Shown: positions 10,137-21,578, numbered from the stretch's first letter. The stretch is DNA of 35,286 bases from Campylobacter sp. (GCA_012728225.1 JAAYFN010000004.1:1-35286); one strand, 5' to 3'. The notes: generated from the letters alone by a model not told the origin. Numbers and translations are program-made.

Positions 10137-11395
10137 GTGCTTCTCTAAGGAACAAAGTTCTAATAACATTTGGTTTTTTACTCATCTATAGAGTTTTAGC
10201 ATATGTTCCGGTTCCTGGAGTAAATGTAGAGGTTATAGCTGATTTTTTTAGAAATAATAGCAATAATGCACTTGGTATGTTTAATATGTTTAGTGGCAAG
10301 GCTGCTGAGCGTTTGAGTATTATTTCACTAGGTATTATGCCTTATATCACAGCTTCTATTATTATGGAGCTTCTTTCGGCAACATTTCCTAAACTATCTC
10401 AGCTTAAAAAAGAGCGTGATGGTATGCAAAAATATATGCAAATCATAAGATATGCAACTGTTTTTATAACACTAATCCAAGCTATAGGCGTTAGTATAGG
10501 CCTTCATGCTATGAATTCAGGCGGTGGCCAAAGCGCTGTTATGATAGATAAAAATCTTTTTGTGATTATAGCTTGTGCGTCTATGCTTACAGGAACTATG
10601 CTACTTATGTGGATAGGCGAGCAGATAACTCAAAAAGGTATTGGAAACGGAATAAGCCTTATCATCTTTGCAGGTATAGTAAGCGGAATTCCATCGGCTA
10701 TCAGCGGAGCTATAATTTTAGTAAACACTGGTGAGATGAATTTCTTAACACTTATAGCTATTCTTGCTATCGTAGTAGTTGCAGTATCAATTATCATCTA
10801 TGTAGAGCTAGGAGAGAGAAGAGTTCCAGTTTCGTATTCAAGAAAAGTTATGATGCAAAACCAAGATAAACGTATAATGCACTACATTCCTATTAAGGTA
10901 AATATTAGCGGTGTTATACCAGCGATTTTTGCAAGTGCTATACTTATGTTTCCTATGAGTATATTTCAAGCAAGTACAAACTCAATAATTCTAAAAATAA
11001 ACGATATGTTAAGCCCTAATGGATTTTTATTTCATGTCTTTATGTTTGTATTGGTTGTATTTTTTGCATATTTTTATGCCTCTATAGCTTTTAAAACAGA
11101 CGATATAAGTCAAAATTTAAAGAAACAAGGCGGATTTATTCCAGGAGTTAGGCCAGGTTCTTCAACAGCAACTTTTTTAAATGATGTTGTTAGTAGGCTT
11201 ACATTTTGGGGCGCGATATACTTAGGACTTATATCGACACTTCCATGGCTTTTAGTTAAATTTATGGGAGTGCCGTTTGCATTTGGAGGGACTTCAGTTT
11301 TGATTGTTGTTTCTGTTGCCCTTGATACTATGAGAAAGATAGAAGCAGAAGTTTATATGAATAGATATCAAACATTAAGTGCTATGGATTTGTGA
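10133..11395 (+). CDS. secY: Preprotein translocase subunit SecY
   Basis: [23 protein letters not shown] and FIPGVRPG motifs. Confidence 0.99.
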   Translation: MSASLRNKVLITFGFLLIYRVLAYVPVPGVNVEVIADFFRNNSNNALGMFNMFSGKAAERLSIISLGIMPYITASIIMELLSATFPKLSQLKKERDGMQKYMQIIRYATVFITLIQAIGVSIGLHAMNSGGGQSAVMIDKNLFVIIACASMLTGTMLLMWIGEQITQKGIGNGISLIIFAGIVSGIPSAISGAIILVNTGEMNFLTLIAILAIVVVAVSIIIYVELGERRVPVSYSRKVMMQNQDKRIMHYIPIKVNISGVIPAIFASAILMFPMSIFQASTNSIILKINDMLSPNGFLFHVFMFVLVVFFAYFYASIAFKTDDISQNLKKQGGFIPGVRPGSSTATFLNDVVSRLTFWGAIYLGLISTLPWLLVKFMGVPFAFGGTSVLIVVSVALDTMRKIEAEVYMNRYQTLSAMDL

Positions 11396-12150
11396 TGGCA
11401 ATATCTTTTAAAAACAGTAAAGATTTAAAGGGTTTAAGAGCAGCTAACAAAATCGTTGCAGCTGCTCTTGATTATGCAGAAGAATTCTTAAAGCCAGGCA
11501 TGACACTTTTAGAAGTTGATGCTAAGATTGATAAATTTATAACTGATCAAGGAGCATATCCAGCATTTAAGGGACTTTATGATTTTCCAAATGCTGCGTG
11601 TCTTTCGCTAAATGAGGTTTGTATACATGGCATACCAGATCAGACAGTTCTTAAAGAAGGTGATATTTTAGGTGTTGATATAGGTAGTAGGCTAAATGGC
11701 TATTATGGAGATAGTGCTAGAACTTACCCTATAGGTGAAATTTCAAAAAGTGATTATGAACTTATAAAGGTAAGTAAAGATGCACTCTGTTTTGCTATAG
11801 AAAATATTAAAGTTGGTATGTATTTTAAAGAGCTAAGTAGTATGATAGAAGAGTTTATCAAAAGCAAAGGATATGTGCCACTTTTTGGGTATTGTGGACA
11901 TGGTATTGGTAAAAGACCGCACGAAGAGCCTGAAATTCCAAACTATTTAGTTGGCAAAGCTAAACAAGGTCCGAAGATAAAAAACGGAATGGTTTTTTGC
12001 ATTGAGCCTATGATATGTCAAAAAGATGCGATGCCAGTTGTAGCAAGTGATGGTTGGGCGGTTAGAAGCAAAGATGGACTTAATACTAGCCATTATGAAC
12101 ACTGCATAGCTGTTACTAACAATAAAGTAGAAATTCTAAGCAAAATTTGA
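11395..12150 (+). CDS. map: Type I methionine aminopeptidase
   Basis: CIHGIP, GDSARTY, GHGIG..HEEP, IEPM and HYEH motifs. The ATG overlaps the secY TGA. Confidence 0.98.
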   Translation: MAISFKNSKDLKGLRAANKIVAAALDYAEEFLKPGMTLLEVDAKIDKFITDQGAYPAFKGLYDFPNAACLSLNEVCIHGIPDQTVLKEGDILGVDIGSRLNGYYGDSARTYPIGEISKSDYELIKVSKDALCFAIENIKVGMYFKELSSMIEEFIKSKGYVPLFGYCGHGIGKRPHEEPEIPNYLVGKAKQGPKIKNGMVFCIEPMICQKDAMPVVASDGWAVRSKDGLNTSHYEHCIAVTNNKVEILSKI

Positions 12151-12164
12151 GAAAGGAGAGTCTA

Positions 12165-12383
12165 GTGTCAAAAGATGATGTTATAGAGATAGATGGCAAT
12201 GTTGTAGAAGCATTACCAAATGCAACTTTTAAAGTTGAATTAGACAACAAACATGTGATTTTATGCCATATAGCAGGAAAGATGCGCATGCACTACATCA
12301 AAATTATGCCAGGGGATAGAGTTAAGGTTGAACTAACGCCTTACAGTCTAGATAAGGGCAGGATTACTTATAGATATAAGTAA
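12165..12383 (+). CDS. infA: Translation initiation factor IF-1
   Basis: [10 protein letters not shown]...GKMR...GRITYR; GTG start after an AAGGAG RBS; 72 aa. Confidence 0.98.
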   Translation: MSKDDVIEIDGNVVEALPNATFKVELDNKHVILCHIAGKMRMHYIKIMPGDRVKVELTPYSLDKGRITYRYK

Positions 12384-12399
12384 ATTTAAAGCTAAAATT

Positions 12400-12408
12400 T
12401 GATAAAAT
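12400..12408 (+). promoter_or_regulatory. Extended -10 promoter for the rpmJ-alpha operon
   Basis: TGaTAAAAT in the infA-rpmJ gap, with AT tracts upstream. Confidence 0.55.
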
Positions 12409-12540
12409 AACGGCTTTGCAAAAACTGTGTGAAGAGGTGTTTTCAAAATTACCACTATTTTGAAAACAGTTGGTTTAAATTTACTCTTTAAACCTAAGAA
12501 GCACAAAGCTTTTACAGTGGAATAAATTTAGGAGAAAACT

Positions 12541-12654
12541 ATGAAAGTTCGTCCTTCTGTAAAGAAGATGTGTGACAATTGTAAGATTGTCAAAAGAAAA
12601 GGAGTAGTATTTGTTATCTGCTCTAATCCAAAACATAAACAAAGGCAGGGTTAA
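12541..12654 (+). CDS. rpmJ: 50S ribosomal protein L36 (zinc-ribbon form)
   Basis: Hand-translated [37 protein letters not shown]; below the ORF-track cut-off; AGGAG RBS. Confidence 0.98.
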   Translation: MKVRPSVKKMCDNCKIVKRKGVVFVICSNPKHKQRQG

Positions 12655-12657
12655 AAC

Positions 12658-13026
12658 ATGGCACGTATAGCAGGTGTTGATTTACCAAAGAAAAAGAGAG
12701 TAGAGTACGGCTTAACTTATATATATGGTATAGGCATAACTACATCAAGAAGTATTTTAGATGCTGTTGGAATCTCTTATGATAAAAGAGTTTCAGAGCT
12801 AAGTGAAGATGAGGCAGCAGCGATAAGAAAAGAGATCCAAGAGCACCATGTAGTTGAAGGTGATCTTAGAAAAAGCGTTGCTATGGACATTAAGGCTTTA
12901 ATGGATCTAGGTAGCTATAGAGGTTTAAGACATAGAAAAGGTCTTCCAGTTCGTGGCCAAAAGACAAAAACAAACGCTAGAACCAGAAAAGGTAAGCGTA
13001 AAACTGTCGGCGCAGCGTCTAAGTAA
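12658..13026 (+). CDS. rpsM: 30S ribosomal protein S13
   Basis: MARIAGVD and [18 protein letters not shown] motifs. Confidence 0.99.
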   Translation: MARIAGVDLPKKKRVEYGLTYIYGIGITTSRSILDAVGISYDKRVSELSEDEAAAIRKEIQEHHVVEGDLRKSVAMDIKALMDLGSYRGLRHRKGLPVRGQKTKTNARTRKGKRKTVGAASK

Positions 13027-13035
13027 GGTTGGGAT

Positions 13036-13428
13036 ATGGCAAAAAGAAAAGTAATAAGAAAAAAAACGGTTAGAAAAAATATAGCCAAAGGTGTTGTTTA
13101 TATCAACGCATCATTTAACAATACAATGGTTACTGTAACTGATGAAATGGGCAATGGTATAGCTTGGAGTAGCGCAGGAGCTCTTGGATTTAAAGGGAGC
13201 AAAAAGTCAACTCCATATGCAGCACAACAAGCAGTAGAAGACGCTCTAAACAAAGCAAAAGAGCAAGGCATAAAAGAGGTAGGCATTAAGGTTCAAGGAC
13301 CAGGAAGCGGTAGAGAGACAGCAGTTAAGAGTGTGGGTGCAGTTGAAGGCATTAAAGTTACATCTCTTAAGGATATAACTCCACTTCCACATAATGGTTG
13401 TCGCCCTCCAAAAAGAAGAAGAGTGTAA
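13036..13428 (+). CDS. rpsK: 30S ribosomal protein S11
   Basis: KSTPYAA and [13 protein letters not shown] motifs. Confidence 0.99.
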   Translation: MAKRKVIRKKTVRKNIAKGVVYINASFNNTMVTVTDEMGNGIAWSSAGALGFKGSKKSTPYAAQQAVEDALNKAKEQGIKEVGIKVQGPGSGRETAVKSVGAVEGIKVTSLKDITPLPHNGCRPPKRRRV

Positions 13429-13437
13429 GGGGTTAAA

Positions 13438-14064
13438 ATGGCAAGATATACAGGACCAGTAGAGAAGATAGAAAGAAGACTCGGAGTAGATCTTCTCTTA
13501 AAAGGCGAAAGAAGATTAGCAGGTAAGAGCGCGTTAGCTAAAAGACCATTTCCACCAGGACAACACGGACAAAAAAGAAATAAAGTTAGTGAGTATGGTC
13601 TTCAATTAAAAGAGAAACAAAAAGCTAAATTTATATATGGTTTAACTGAGAAACAACTTAGAAACCTTTTTGATGAAGCAGCAAGAAAAGATGGCAATAC
13701 AGGTGAAATTTTCCTTAAGCTTTTAGAACAAAGATTAGATAACGTAGTTTATAGAATGGGTTTTGCTACAACTAGACGTTTTGCAAGACAGTTAGTAAGC
13801 CACGGACATATCTTAGTTGACGGTAAAAGGGTTGATATCCCATCATATAGAGTTTCTCCAGGTCAAAAAATAGAGATAAGAGAAAAAAGTAAAGAAAATT
13901 TACAAATTGTAAGAGCTATAGATCTTACATCTCAAACAGGAATAGTTGCATGGGTTGACGTGGAGAAAGATAAAAAATTTGGTATCTTTACTAGAATTCC
14001 AGATAGAGAAGAGATGCAAATTCCAGTTGAAGAGAGATTTATAGTCGAACTTTACTCAAAATAG
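13438..14064 (+). CDS. rpsD: 30S ribosomal protein S4
   Basis: [13 protein letters not shown] and [10 protein letters not shown] motifs. Confidence 0.99.
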   Translation: MARYTGPVEKIERRLGVDLLLKGERRLAGKSALAKRPFPPGQHGQKRNKVSEYGLQLKEKQKAKFIYGLTEKQLRNLFDEAARKDGNTGEIFLKLLEQRLDNVVYRMGFATTRRFARQLVSHGHILVDGKRVDIPSYRVSPGQKIEIREKSKENLQIVRAIDLTSQTGIVAWVDVEKDKKFGIFTRIPDREEMQIPVEERFIVELYSK

Positions 14065-14076
14065 TAGGAGATAAAG

Positions 14077-15087
14077 ATGAGAAAGATTACAACATCAGCT
14101 TATATGCCAACTGAGATAAGAGTTGAAAATATTAGTGAGAATGTAGCTAAAGTTATAGCATATCCTTTTGAAACAGGTTATGCTGTGACCGTAGCACACC
14201 CTTTAAGAAGACTTTTATATACAAGTTCAGTAGGCTTTGCTCCTACTGCTGTAAAAATAGAAGGAGTTGAACATGAGTTTGACTCTATAAGAGGTATGCT
14301 TGAAGATGCTGCTATATTTATCATAAATTTAAAAAATTTAAAATTTAAAATTAACGGTGATTCTAAAAGAGAAATTTTAGAGTATAGTTTTACAGGACCA
14401 GCTGAGATAAAAGGCAAAGACTTAGCTAATGATATCGTTGATATAGTCAATCCAGATCACTATATCGCTACTTTAAATGAAGATGCTGAGCTTAAATTTA
14501 AAGTTATAGTAGAAAAAGGTATAGGTTACGTTCCAAGTGAAGAGCTAGTAGATTATATCGATAGCGAATACATGGCACTTGATGCATTTTTTACACCTGT
14601 AAAAAGAGCGATATATGATATAGAAAATATTTTAGTTGAGGATAACCCAGACTATGAGAAGATTATTTTTACTATCACGACAAATGGTCAAGTAGATCCT
14701 ATCACAGCATTTAAAAATGCACTTGAAACTATGTATCAGCAGTTATCTGTTTTTGGTGGAATAGTAGATGTTGAAATTCCAGGCACTCCTATATCTGCTA
14801 GTCAAAACAGCGAGCATGCGAAGTTGTTTGAGAGTATTGAAAATCTAAATTTAAGCGCAAGAAGTTTTAACTGTTTAGATAGAGCAGGAGTCAAATTTAT
14901 AGGTGAGCTTGTTCTTATGGAAGAGGGCGAACTTAAAGATATCAAAAATTTAGGTAAAAAATCACTTGAAGAGATAAAAGCAGTAATGGAAGATATTGGC
15001 TATCCGCTTGACGATATGTCAGGATCTTACCAAAAAGAAGGGCTTGCTAGAAAAATTAGTGAGCTAAAAAAACAGAGCGAAGGATAG
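14077..15087 (+). CDS. rpoA: RNA polymerase alpha subunit
   Basis: [24 protein letters not shown] and [10 protein letters not shown] motifs. Confidence 0.99.
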   Translation: MRKITTSAYMPTEIRVENISENVAKVIAYPFETGYAVTVAHPLRRLLYTSSVGFAPTAVKIEGVEHEFDSIRGMLEDAAIFIINLKNLKFKINGDSKREILEYSFTGPAEIKGKDLANDIVDIVNPDHYIATLNEDAELKFKVIVEKGIGYVPSEELVDYIDSEYMALDAFFTPVKRAIYDIENILVEDNPDYEKIIFTITTNGQVDPITAFKNALETMYQQLSVFGGIVDVEIPGTPISASQNSEHAKLFESIENLNLSARSFNCLDRAGVKFIGELVLMEEGELKDIKNLGKKSLEEIKAVMEDIGYPLDDMSGSYQKEGLARKISELKKQSEG

Positions 15088-15090
15088 ATA

Positions 15091-15441
15091 ATGAGACATG
15101 GACATGGTTATAGAAAGTTAGGCAGAACCTCTGCACATAGAGCTGCAACACTTAAAAATTTAACTATTGCTCTTTTAAAAAACGGCAAGATAGAGACAAC
15201 ACTTCCAAAAGCAAAAGAGCTTAGAAGTTATGTAGAAAAGCTTATCACAAGAGCTAGAGTTGGTGATGCAAATGCTCATAGAGTTGTTTTTGCTAAATTA
15301 CAAGATAAAGAAGCTACTAAAAAGCTAGTTGAAGATATAGCGCCTGAGTATAAAGATAAAAATGGCGGTTATACTAGGATAGTTAAAACAAGAACTAGAA
15401 AAGGCGATGCTGCCGAAATGGCTTATATAGAACTTATATAA
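15091..15441 (+). CDS. rplQ: 50S ribosomal protein L17
   Basis: [10 protein letters not shown] and GGYTRI motifs. Confidence 0.99.
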   Translation: MRHGHGYRKLGRTSAHRAATLKNLTIALLKNGKIETTLPKAKELRSYVEKLITRARVGDANAHRVVFAKLQDKEATKKLVEDIAPEYKDKNGGYTRIVKTRTRKGDAAEMAYIELI

Positions 15442-15443
15442 TT

Positions 15444-15476
15444 TAAGCTGCCTAATCTAGGCAGCTTACTACTTTA
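15444..15476 (+). terminator. Intrinsic terminator of the ribosomal cluster
   Basis: TAAGCTGCCTA-atc-TAGGCAGCTTA (15444-15468) right after the rplQ stop; weak T tail. Confidence 0.75.
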
Positions 15477-15555
15477 AATTTCACCTTTATTTACATTTTT
15501 TAAAAGATAATTTATAAATTTACGCTAAAATATTCTAAACAAAATATAGGATAAA

Positions 15556-15834
15556 ATGATGATGCCATTTACTGATGAAGAGTTATTAGAGCCAGTTATT
15601 GAAAGCTTAGATAGAATTAGACCGATGTTACAAAATGATGGTGGCGATATGAAGCTACTTGGGATCAAAAATGCAGTTGTATATGTGCGTTTGGTTGGTG
15701 CATGCAACGGTTGTGCAGCTAGTGGAAATACACTTAAATACGGTGTTGAAAGACAACTTAAAATAGATATTCACCCAGAATTAACGGTTGTAAATATACC
15801 AGTAGGACAAGAATTTGACATCAAAGAAATTTAA
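15556..15834 (+). CDS. NifU/Nfu-type Fe-S carrier domain protein
   Basis: IRPMLQNDGGD and GACNGC (CxxC) Nfu motifs. Confidence 0.93.
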   Translation: MMMPFTDEELLEPVIESLDRIRPMLQNDGGDMKLLGIKNAVVYVRLVGACNGCAASGNTLKYGVERQLKIDIHPELTVVNIPVGQEFDIKEI

Positions 15835-16366
15835 ACAAAAAGGTTATGAAGCTTTTAAAGAGTTAAATTTTGATCTTGCTAAAAACTACTTTTCATTTGC
15901 TATAAATAGCACAAATAGTGAAGAAATTATTTTTTTAGTCTCGCTTTGTGAGATCGCTAAAGATAACTTTGATGATGCAAATATGCTTTTTGAGTTCTAT
16001 CTTTTTTTGTTAAAAGAGAACAGAGATATGAGTGAATTAGGTGAGATATTGACATCAATTGAGAGCAAAGTTTATGAAGCAAATTACTCTAAGGAAGATG
16101 CGATAACATTTGATGAGCTTCAAGAAGTGGTTGCAAGTGGAGTAGACTTTAAGGATGCACTAAGTGCGGTTATGACATCAACGAAACTTATTATCAAAGA
16201 TAGCGATAATTTTCTTGATTTTATACTAAGCTTGCTTGATAATGGCTTAGAAGAGAGTGCTATTAGCTATTTTGAAACTTTTCTTGAAATTCACGGCTCT
16301 TATGATAAAAAAACAGAACTTATAGCTAGAAAGATTAAAAGTTATGAAGATAAATTTAAAAGGTAA
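15815..16366 (+). CDS. Conserved helical hypothetical protein (TPR-like N-terminus)
   Basis: 183-aa ORF overlapping both neighbours in the operon; TTG start; no recognised motif. Confidence 0.75.
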   Translation: MTSKKFKQKGYEAFKELNFDLAKNYFSFAINSTNSEEIIFLVSLCEIAKDNFDDANMLFEFYLFLLKENRDMSELGEILTSIESKVYEANYSKEDAITFDELQEVVASGVDFKDALSAVMTSTKLIIKDSDNFLDFILSLLDNGLEESAISYFETFLEIHGSYDKKTELIARKIKSYEDKFKR

Positions 16367-17648
16367 CTTTATAACTGATGATAGTCGTGAGATAGAGCAA
16401 GATTGCTACTTTCTAGGCTCAAAATTTAACTCAAATTTTATAAATTTAGCAACGCAAAAAGGTGCAAAAGTACTTAATTTAGATCAAGCTAAAGATATGC
16501 TTGGTATCAATAAAGACATTAAGATAGTTGGCATAACAGGCACTAACGGCAAAACAACCACGGCAGCAGCTATATACTCTACACTTATCGATCTTGGATA
16601 TAGCGTATTTTTGTGCGGAACGAGGGGAGCTTTTGTAAATGATAAACAAGTAGCCCCTAAAGGTCTTACTACTAGCACGCCTATTGAAATTCTTAAACTT
16701 CTTAAAATAGCAAGCGATGAAAGAAGTGATTTTTTTATCATGGAGATAAGTTCTCATGCTATAGCACAAGAGCGGGTAGAAGGGCTAAATTTTGCGCTTA
16801 AAATTTTCACAAATATCAGCCAAGATCACCTTGACTATCACAAAACCATGTCAGAATATCTAAGAGTAAAGAGTAGTTTTTTTATGGATGAGAGTAAGAA
16901 ACTAATCAACAAAGATGACAAAAACGGACTTCTTTTTGACCCTAAAAATGCATACACATATGGCATAGAAGAGATAGCAACTTTTAAAGTTGTAGCTTAT
17001 AGTATAAATGATAGTATTATGGCATCTCTTAAAACTCCAAGTGGCGATGCACAGATAGAAAGTGACATGGTTGGCGAGTTTAACTTATACAACCTTTTAG
17101 CTGCATTTTCAGCAGTACAAATTCTTACTAAAAGCGTTTATTCTAACTCTCAAATCACTCAAGCACTTTTAAATTTTGCAGGTGTAGCAGGACGTATGGA
17201 AGTTGTCTCAAACAATCCTCTTGTTATAGTTGATTTTGCTCATACTCCAGATGGTATAGAAAAGATATTAAACGCACTTAAAGCAAATAAACTTATAGTT
17301 GTATTTGGTGCAGGTGGAGACCGCGATAGAACAAAAAGAGCTAAAATGGCTAGCATAGTTGAGCATTTTGCTAGCATTGCTATAGTTACAAGCGATAATC
17401 CACGAAGTGAAGATCCACAAAGCATTATAGATGAAATTTTAACAGGTTTTATAGATAAAAGCCGTGTTTTAGTTGAGATAGAGCGCAAAAAAGCGATATC
17501 AAAAGCACTAAATTTAGTTACAAATGGTGAAGTTGTGGTTATACTTGGTAAGGGCGATGAAGAGTATCAAGAGATAAATGGTGTTAGATATCCATTTTCA
17601 GACAAAAAAGTAGTGGAGGAAATTTTAGATGCAAATAGAGATACTTAA
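16344..17648 (+). CDS. murE: UDP-N-acetylmuramoyl-dipeptide--DAP ligase
   Basis: [29 protein letters not shown] and GKG.E motifs. Confidence 0.97.
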   Translation: MKINLKGNFITDDSREIEQDCYFLGSKFNSNFINLATQKGAKVLNLDQAKDMLGINKDIKIVGITGTNGKTTTAAAIYSTLIDLGYSVFLCGTRGAFVNDKQVAPKGLTTSTPIEILKLLKIASDERSDFFIMEISSHAIAQERVEGLNFALKIFTNISQDHLDYHKTMSEYLRVKSSFFMDESKKLINKDDKNGLLFDPKNAYTYGIEEIATFKVVAYSINDSIMASLKTPSGDAQIESDMVGEFNLYNLLAAFSAVQILTKSVYSNSQITQALLNFAGVAGRMEVVSNNPLVIVDFAHTPDGIEKILNALKANKLIVVFGAGGDRDRTKRAKMASIVEHFASIAIVTSDNPRSEDPQSIIDEILTGFIDKSRVLVEIERKKAISKALNLVTNGEVVVILGKGDEEYQEINGVRYPFSDKKVVEEILDANRDT

Positions 17649-17985
17649 AAGCAAAATTCACAGAGCCACCGTTACAGATGCAAACCTTAATTATACTGGT
17701 TCTATCACGATATACAGCAAACTTATAGAGGCTGCAAATTTAAGAGAATTTGAAAAAGTTGAAGTTTTAAATATCAACAATGGCGAACGTTTTACAACTT
17801 ATGTCATAAAAGGTGATAAAAAAGGTGAAATTTGTTTAAATGGTGCAGCTGCTAGAAAAGTTCAAAAAGGAGATCTTGTTATCATCGTAGCATATGCAAG
17901 TATGAGCGAAGATGAAGCAAACAATTTTACTCCTACTTTAGTACATGTAGATAGTAAAAATGAAATTTTAAAGGATAGCTTATGA
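17629..17985 (+). CDS. panD: Aspartate 1-decarboxylase
   Basis: [12 protein letters not shown] cleavage site, NGERFTTY and LNGAAAR motifs. Confidence 0.97.
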   Translation: MQIEILKSKIHRATVTDANLNYTGSITIYSKLIEAANLREFEKVEVLNINNGERFTTYVIKGDKKGEICLNGAAARKVQKGDLVIIVAYASMSEDEANNFTPTLVHVDSKNEILKDSL

Positions 17986-18329
17986 TGGATGGATTTGATT
18001 TTTCAAAGATGGGCGAGATGATAAATGAGATACAAAAAAAAGCCAAAGAGTTTGAAAATGAAAATGACAACAAAGAGTATAGCGTTAAAAGTGGCGCAGG
18101 TATGGTCGAAATCAAGATAAATGGCAACGGTGAAGTTCTTGATTTAAATATTGACGATAGTTTATTTGATGATAACGAGAGCTTACAAATTTTACTTATT
18201 TCAGCTATAAATGATGCTATAAAATTAGTAGATAATGAACGCAAAAACCTAGCTAGCAAGATGATGGGAAGTTTTGGTGGATTTGGAGGGTTTGGAAACT
18301 TAGGCGGGATAGATGGAGATAATAGGTGA
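17982..18329 (+). CDS. YbaB/EbfC nucleoid-associated protein
   Basis: [12 protein letters not shown] and LISAINDA motifs; Gly-rich tail. Confidence 0.92.
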   Translation: MMDGFDFSKMGEMINEIQKKAKEFENENDNKEYSVKSGAGMVEIKINGNGEVLDLNIDDSLFDDNESLQILLISAINDAIKLVDNERKNLASKMMGSFGGFGGFGNLGGIDGDNR

Positions 18330-19159
18330 GTTTACTTAAGAAATTTGAAGCTTTTCTTAAAGCAAATCCTATAAAAGCTCCAAGTTATCACCCTTATTAT
18401 GAAGAAGCGCTTAATTATATGCTTAGAAGTGGTGGTAAACATTTTCGTGCACAACTTCTTTTGGGTGTAGTTGATGCTTTATCACCCAAATTTACCTATA
18501 AGGCGATGAGAGTTGCATTAGGTTTGGAGATGATGCATACCTACTCTCTTATCCATGATGATTTGCCAGTTATGGACGATGCTGATCTTAGACGTGGACA
18601 TATAACTACTCATAAAAAATACGACGAAGTTACAGCTTTACTTGTAGGTGATGCACTTAGTGCTAGAGCTTTTTATGAGATCACACAAGCTGATTTCTCA
18701 GCTGAAATTCGGATTAAATGCTCTGAAATTTTAAGTCAAAATACAGGTGAGATGATTTTAGGTCAAGCGCTTGACTGTTTTTTTGAACATAAAATTTTAA
18801 CTTATGATGAACTGCTGTTTTTGCACTCTAAAAAAACAGGTGCGTTAATTGCCGCTAGCATGCAACTAGGTGCAGTTATTGCAGGAGCTAAAGATAGTAC
18901 TAAGATATATGAAGTTGGGCTTAAGTTAGGACTTTTGTTTCAAATAGTTGATGATATCATCGATGCAACTAAAACTAGCGAAGAAGCCGGAAAACCAACA
19001 AGAAATGATAAAGATAAAAACTCATTTACAAATTTAGTAGGTATAAAAAGCGCAAAAGAGATAAGAGATGGACTTATTGTGGAGATTTGTAGTGAGAATT
19101 TAGATCAAAATTTGATTAATTTGCTCACAAATTTGATAGATAGATACTTAAAAGGATAG
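18326..19159 (+). CDS. ispA: Geranyltranstransferase (FPP synthase)
   Basis: SLIHDDLP.MDD..LRRG and FQIVDDIID motifs. Confidence 0.95.
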   Translation: MSLLKKFEAFLKANPIKAPSYHPYYEEALNYMLRSGGKHFRAQLLLGVVDALSPKFTYKAMRVALGLEMMHTYSLIHDDLPVMDDADLRRGHITTHKKYDEVTALLVGDALSARAFYEITQADFSAEIRIKCSEILSQNTGEMILGQALDCFFEHKILTYDELLFLHSKKTGALIAASMQLGAVIAGAKDSTKIYEVGLKLGLLFQIVDDIIDATKTSEEAGKPTRNDKDKNSFTNLVGIKSAKEIRDGLIVEICSENLDQNLINLLTNLIDRYLKG

Positions 19160-19161
19160 TT

Positions 19162-21072
19162 ATGATAAATAAAATTTCTAATAGCATTAAATTTCTAAGT
19201 GCCGATATGGTCCAAGTAGCAAATTCCGGTCATCCTGGTGCCCCTATGGGTTTGAGTGATATCGTTGCGGTATTGATGAAGTTTATCAACCACAATCCTA
19301 AAAACCCTTCATGGCTTAACCGTGATAGGTTGATATTTTCAGGTGGACATGCAAGTGCTTTAGTTTATAGTTATCTTTATCTTACAGGCTATGATATAAC
19401 TCTTGATGAACTTAAAAATTTTCGCCAATTAGGCTCACGTACGCCAGGACATCCTGAAATTTCAACACCAGGAGTTGAGATTGCAACAGGTCCTTTAGGC
19501 CAAGGCGTGGCTAATGCAGTTGGCTTTGCTATGGCAGCAAAACGAGCAGCAAGTATGTTAAATAGTGATGAAGTTAAAGTTATAGACCATAAAATTTACT
19601 GCTTTTGTGGTGATGGCGATCTACAAGAGGGGATAAGTTACGAGGCTTGTGCTTTAGCAGGCAAGCACTATTTAAATAACCTTGTCATTATTTATGACTC
19701 AAACAACATAACTATCGAAGGCAATACAAAAATAGCGTGGAATGAAGATGTTAAGGCTAGATTTGAAGCAGTAGGATTTGATGTGGTGCGTATCGATGGG
19801 CATGATCATGATCAAATAGCATCTGCTCTTAGTGAAGCAAAAAACAAAGATAGACCTTATCTTATCATCGCCAACACAAAAATAGGTAAAGGAGCTTTAG
19901 AGCTAGAAGGAAGCGAACAAACTCATGGTGCACCATTAGGTGAAGAGTTGCTTAAAAGAGCAAAAGAAAAGGAAGGATTTGATCCTAAACAGAGTTTTTT
20001 TGTTGATGAAGATGTGCTTTTTGAAACAAGAATGGCTGTTGAAAAAGGGGATTTAAATCAGGCCTTGTGGGAAGATAGAATTTTAAAATTATCCGATGAA
20101 AAAAAAGAGCTCTTAAATTCTCTGCAAAGTTTAGATTTTAGTAGAGTAAAATTTCCAGATTTTAGAGGCAAAGACATCGCTACTAGAGATAGTAATGGTG
20201 AAATTTTAAACGCTATAGCTAAAGATATGCCAAGCTTTTTAGGAGGTAGTGCAGATCTTGCGCCATCAAATAAAACAACGCTTAAAGATATGGGGGATTA
20301 TCCATATGGACCAAATATTCACTATGGTATCCGAGAACATGCTATGGCCGCCATAGGAAATGCATTTGCAAGATATGGTCTTTTTGTACCATTTTCAGCT
20401 ACATTTTTTGTTTTCAGTGATTATCTTAAAACAGGCGCTAGACTTGCAGCACTTATGAGCCTTAGACATTATTTTGTGTTTACTCATGATAGTATTGGTG
20501 TTGGTGAAGATGGTCCAACACATCAACCAATCGAGCATCTCTCAGCACTTAGAGCTATGCCAAATTTCTATACTTATCGCCCAGCAGATGGAGCAGAAAA
20601 TGTAGAGTGTTGGAAAGTAGCACTTCAAACAGAGGCACCTGCTGCATTTGTTTGTTCGCGTCAAAAGTTAAAAGCGTTGCCTGAGGCGAAATTTGGAAAT
20701 GTTAAAAATGGTGCGTATCTAGTTAAAAAAGATGAAAATGCCACAGTTACGCTTATAGGAACTGGAAGTGAAGTTTGGCTTTGCCTTGATGCGGCTGAAA
20801 TTTTAAACTCTAATGGTATTGGCGTAAATGTAGTTTCAGCTCCTTGTTTTGAGCTTTTATGTGAGCAAGATAGCAAATACAAGAGCGAAATTTTAAACTC
20901 TGAAACTAAAATTTTAGCAGTTGAGGCAGCAAACGGTTTAGAGTGGTATAAATTTGCAGATGAAGTTTTTTCTATGAATAGCTTTGGTGAAAGTGGTAAA
21001 GCAGGAGATCTTTTTAAGCATTTTGGTTTTACTCCTGAAAATATAGCCAAGGTAGCAAAGGAGATGTTATGA
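19162..21072 (+). CDS. tkt: Transketolase
   Basis: SGHPGAPMG, GDGDLQEG and THDSIGVGEDGPTHQP motifs. Confidence 0.98.
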   Translation: MINKISNSIKFLSADMVQVANSGHPGAPMGLSDIVAVLMKFINHNPKNPSWLNRDRLIFSGGHASALVYSYLYLTGYDITLDELKNFRQLGSRTPGHPEISTPGVEIATGPLGQGVANAVGFAMAAKRAASMLNSDEVKVIDHKIYCFCGDGDLQEGISYEACALAGKHYLNNLVIIYDSNNITIEGNTKIAWNEDVKARFEAVGFDVVRIDGHDHDQIASALSEAKNKDRPYLIIANTKIGKGALELEGSEQTHGAPLGEELLKRAKEKEGFDPKQSFFVDEDVLFETRMAVEKGDLNQALWEDRILKLSDEKKELLNSLQSLDFSRVKFPDFRGKDIATRDSNGEILNAIAKDMPSFLGGSADLAPSNKTTLKDMGDYPYGPNIHYGIREHAMAAIGNAFARYGLFVPFSATFFVFSDYLKTGARLAALMSLRHYFVFTHDSIGVGEDGPTHQPIEHLSALRAMPNFYTYRPADGAENVECWKVALQTEAPAAFVCSRQKLKALPEAKFGNVKNGAYLVKKDENATVTLIGTGSEVWLCLDAAEILNSNGIGVNVVSAPCFELLCEQDSKYKSEILNSETKILAVEAANGLEWYKFADEVFSMNSFGESGKAGDLFKHFGFTPENIAKVAKEML

Positions 21073-21410
21073 TGAAGAATTTTTTTGTTATTGCTCTGTT
21101 TAGTGTGAGCTTTTTGATAAGTGGATGTTCTAAATTTTCAGAGCCGACCAAACAAGTTCAAAATATATTTTTTGAAGGTGAGGGTGTTAAAGTTGAGCTT
21201 ATCACGATAGATATGTGGCAAAGCGCAGTTATGACGGATAATAAAGGTGATGCTTATGCTCTTAAAGTTATCCCTTCAGCAAACGGAATATATTTAGTAG
21301 ATAAAGATGGCGTTAGTATACATTTTAGAGATGGAGATGGTGCTATTTTAGAATACGAAAAAGATAAACCATTATTTTTAGAGGAAAAAGGTCATCAATA
21401 TTTAAATTAA
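21069..21410 (+). CDS. Small lipoprotein, possibly an MliC-like lysozyme inhibitor
   Basis: Lipobox LISGC. The beta-rich body has PSANGIYL, which resembles the MliC SxSGxxY motif. Function is an inference. Confidence 0.6.
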   Translation: MMKNFFVIALFSVSFLISGCSKFSEPTKQVQNIFFEGEGVKVELITIDMWQSAVMTDNKGDAYALKVIPSANGIYLVDKDGVSIHFRDGDGAILEYEKDKPLFLEEKGHQYLN

Positions 21411-21415
21411 ATTTA

Positions 21416-21440
21416 TAGACTAAATTTAAAATTTAGTCTA
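21416..21440. terminator. 25-bp palindrome between the lipoprotein gene and the tRNA
   Basis: TAGACTAAATTT-A-AAATTTAGTCTA followed by CTTT. Confidence 0.45.
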
Positions 21441-21444
21441 CTTT

Positions 21445-21532
21445 GGGTAGATGTCCGAGTGGTTGAAGGAGCACGCCTGGAACGCGTGTGTAGGGCAACT
21501 TACCGTGGGTTCGAATCCCACTCTGCCCGCCA
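21445..21532 (+). tRNA. tRNA-Ser (GGA)
   Basis: Acceptor GGGTAGA/TCTGCCC + GCCA; anticodon arm CACGC-CTGGAAC-GCGTG; long variable arm; T arm GTGGG-TTCGAAT-CCCAC. Confidence 0.98.
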
Positions 21533-21578
21533 TTTTAAAGATATAGTGTAATAAGCAAGTTTACTTAAAAGATAAAAG

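Noticed and set aside
9286-12150. Absence of rpmD (L30) and adk from the spc region
   Set aside because: As far as I know this is the usual arrangement in Campylobacterota, so it is not novel.
18265-18310. GFGGFGGFG tail of YbaB
   Set aside because: Gly-rich low-complexity tails are common in this family.
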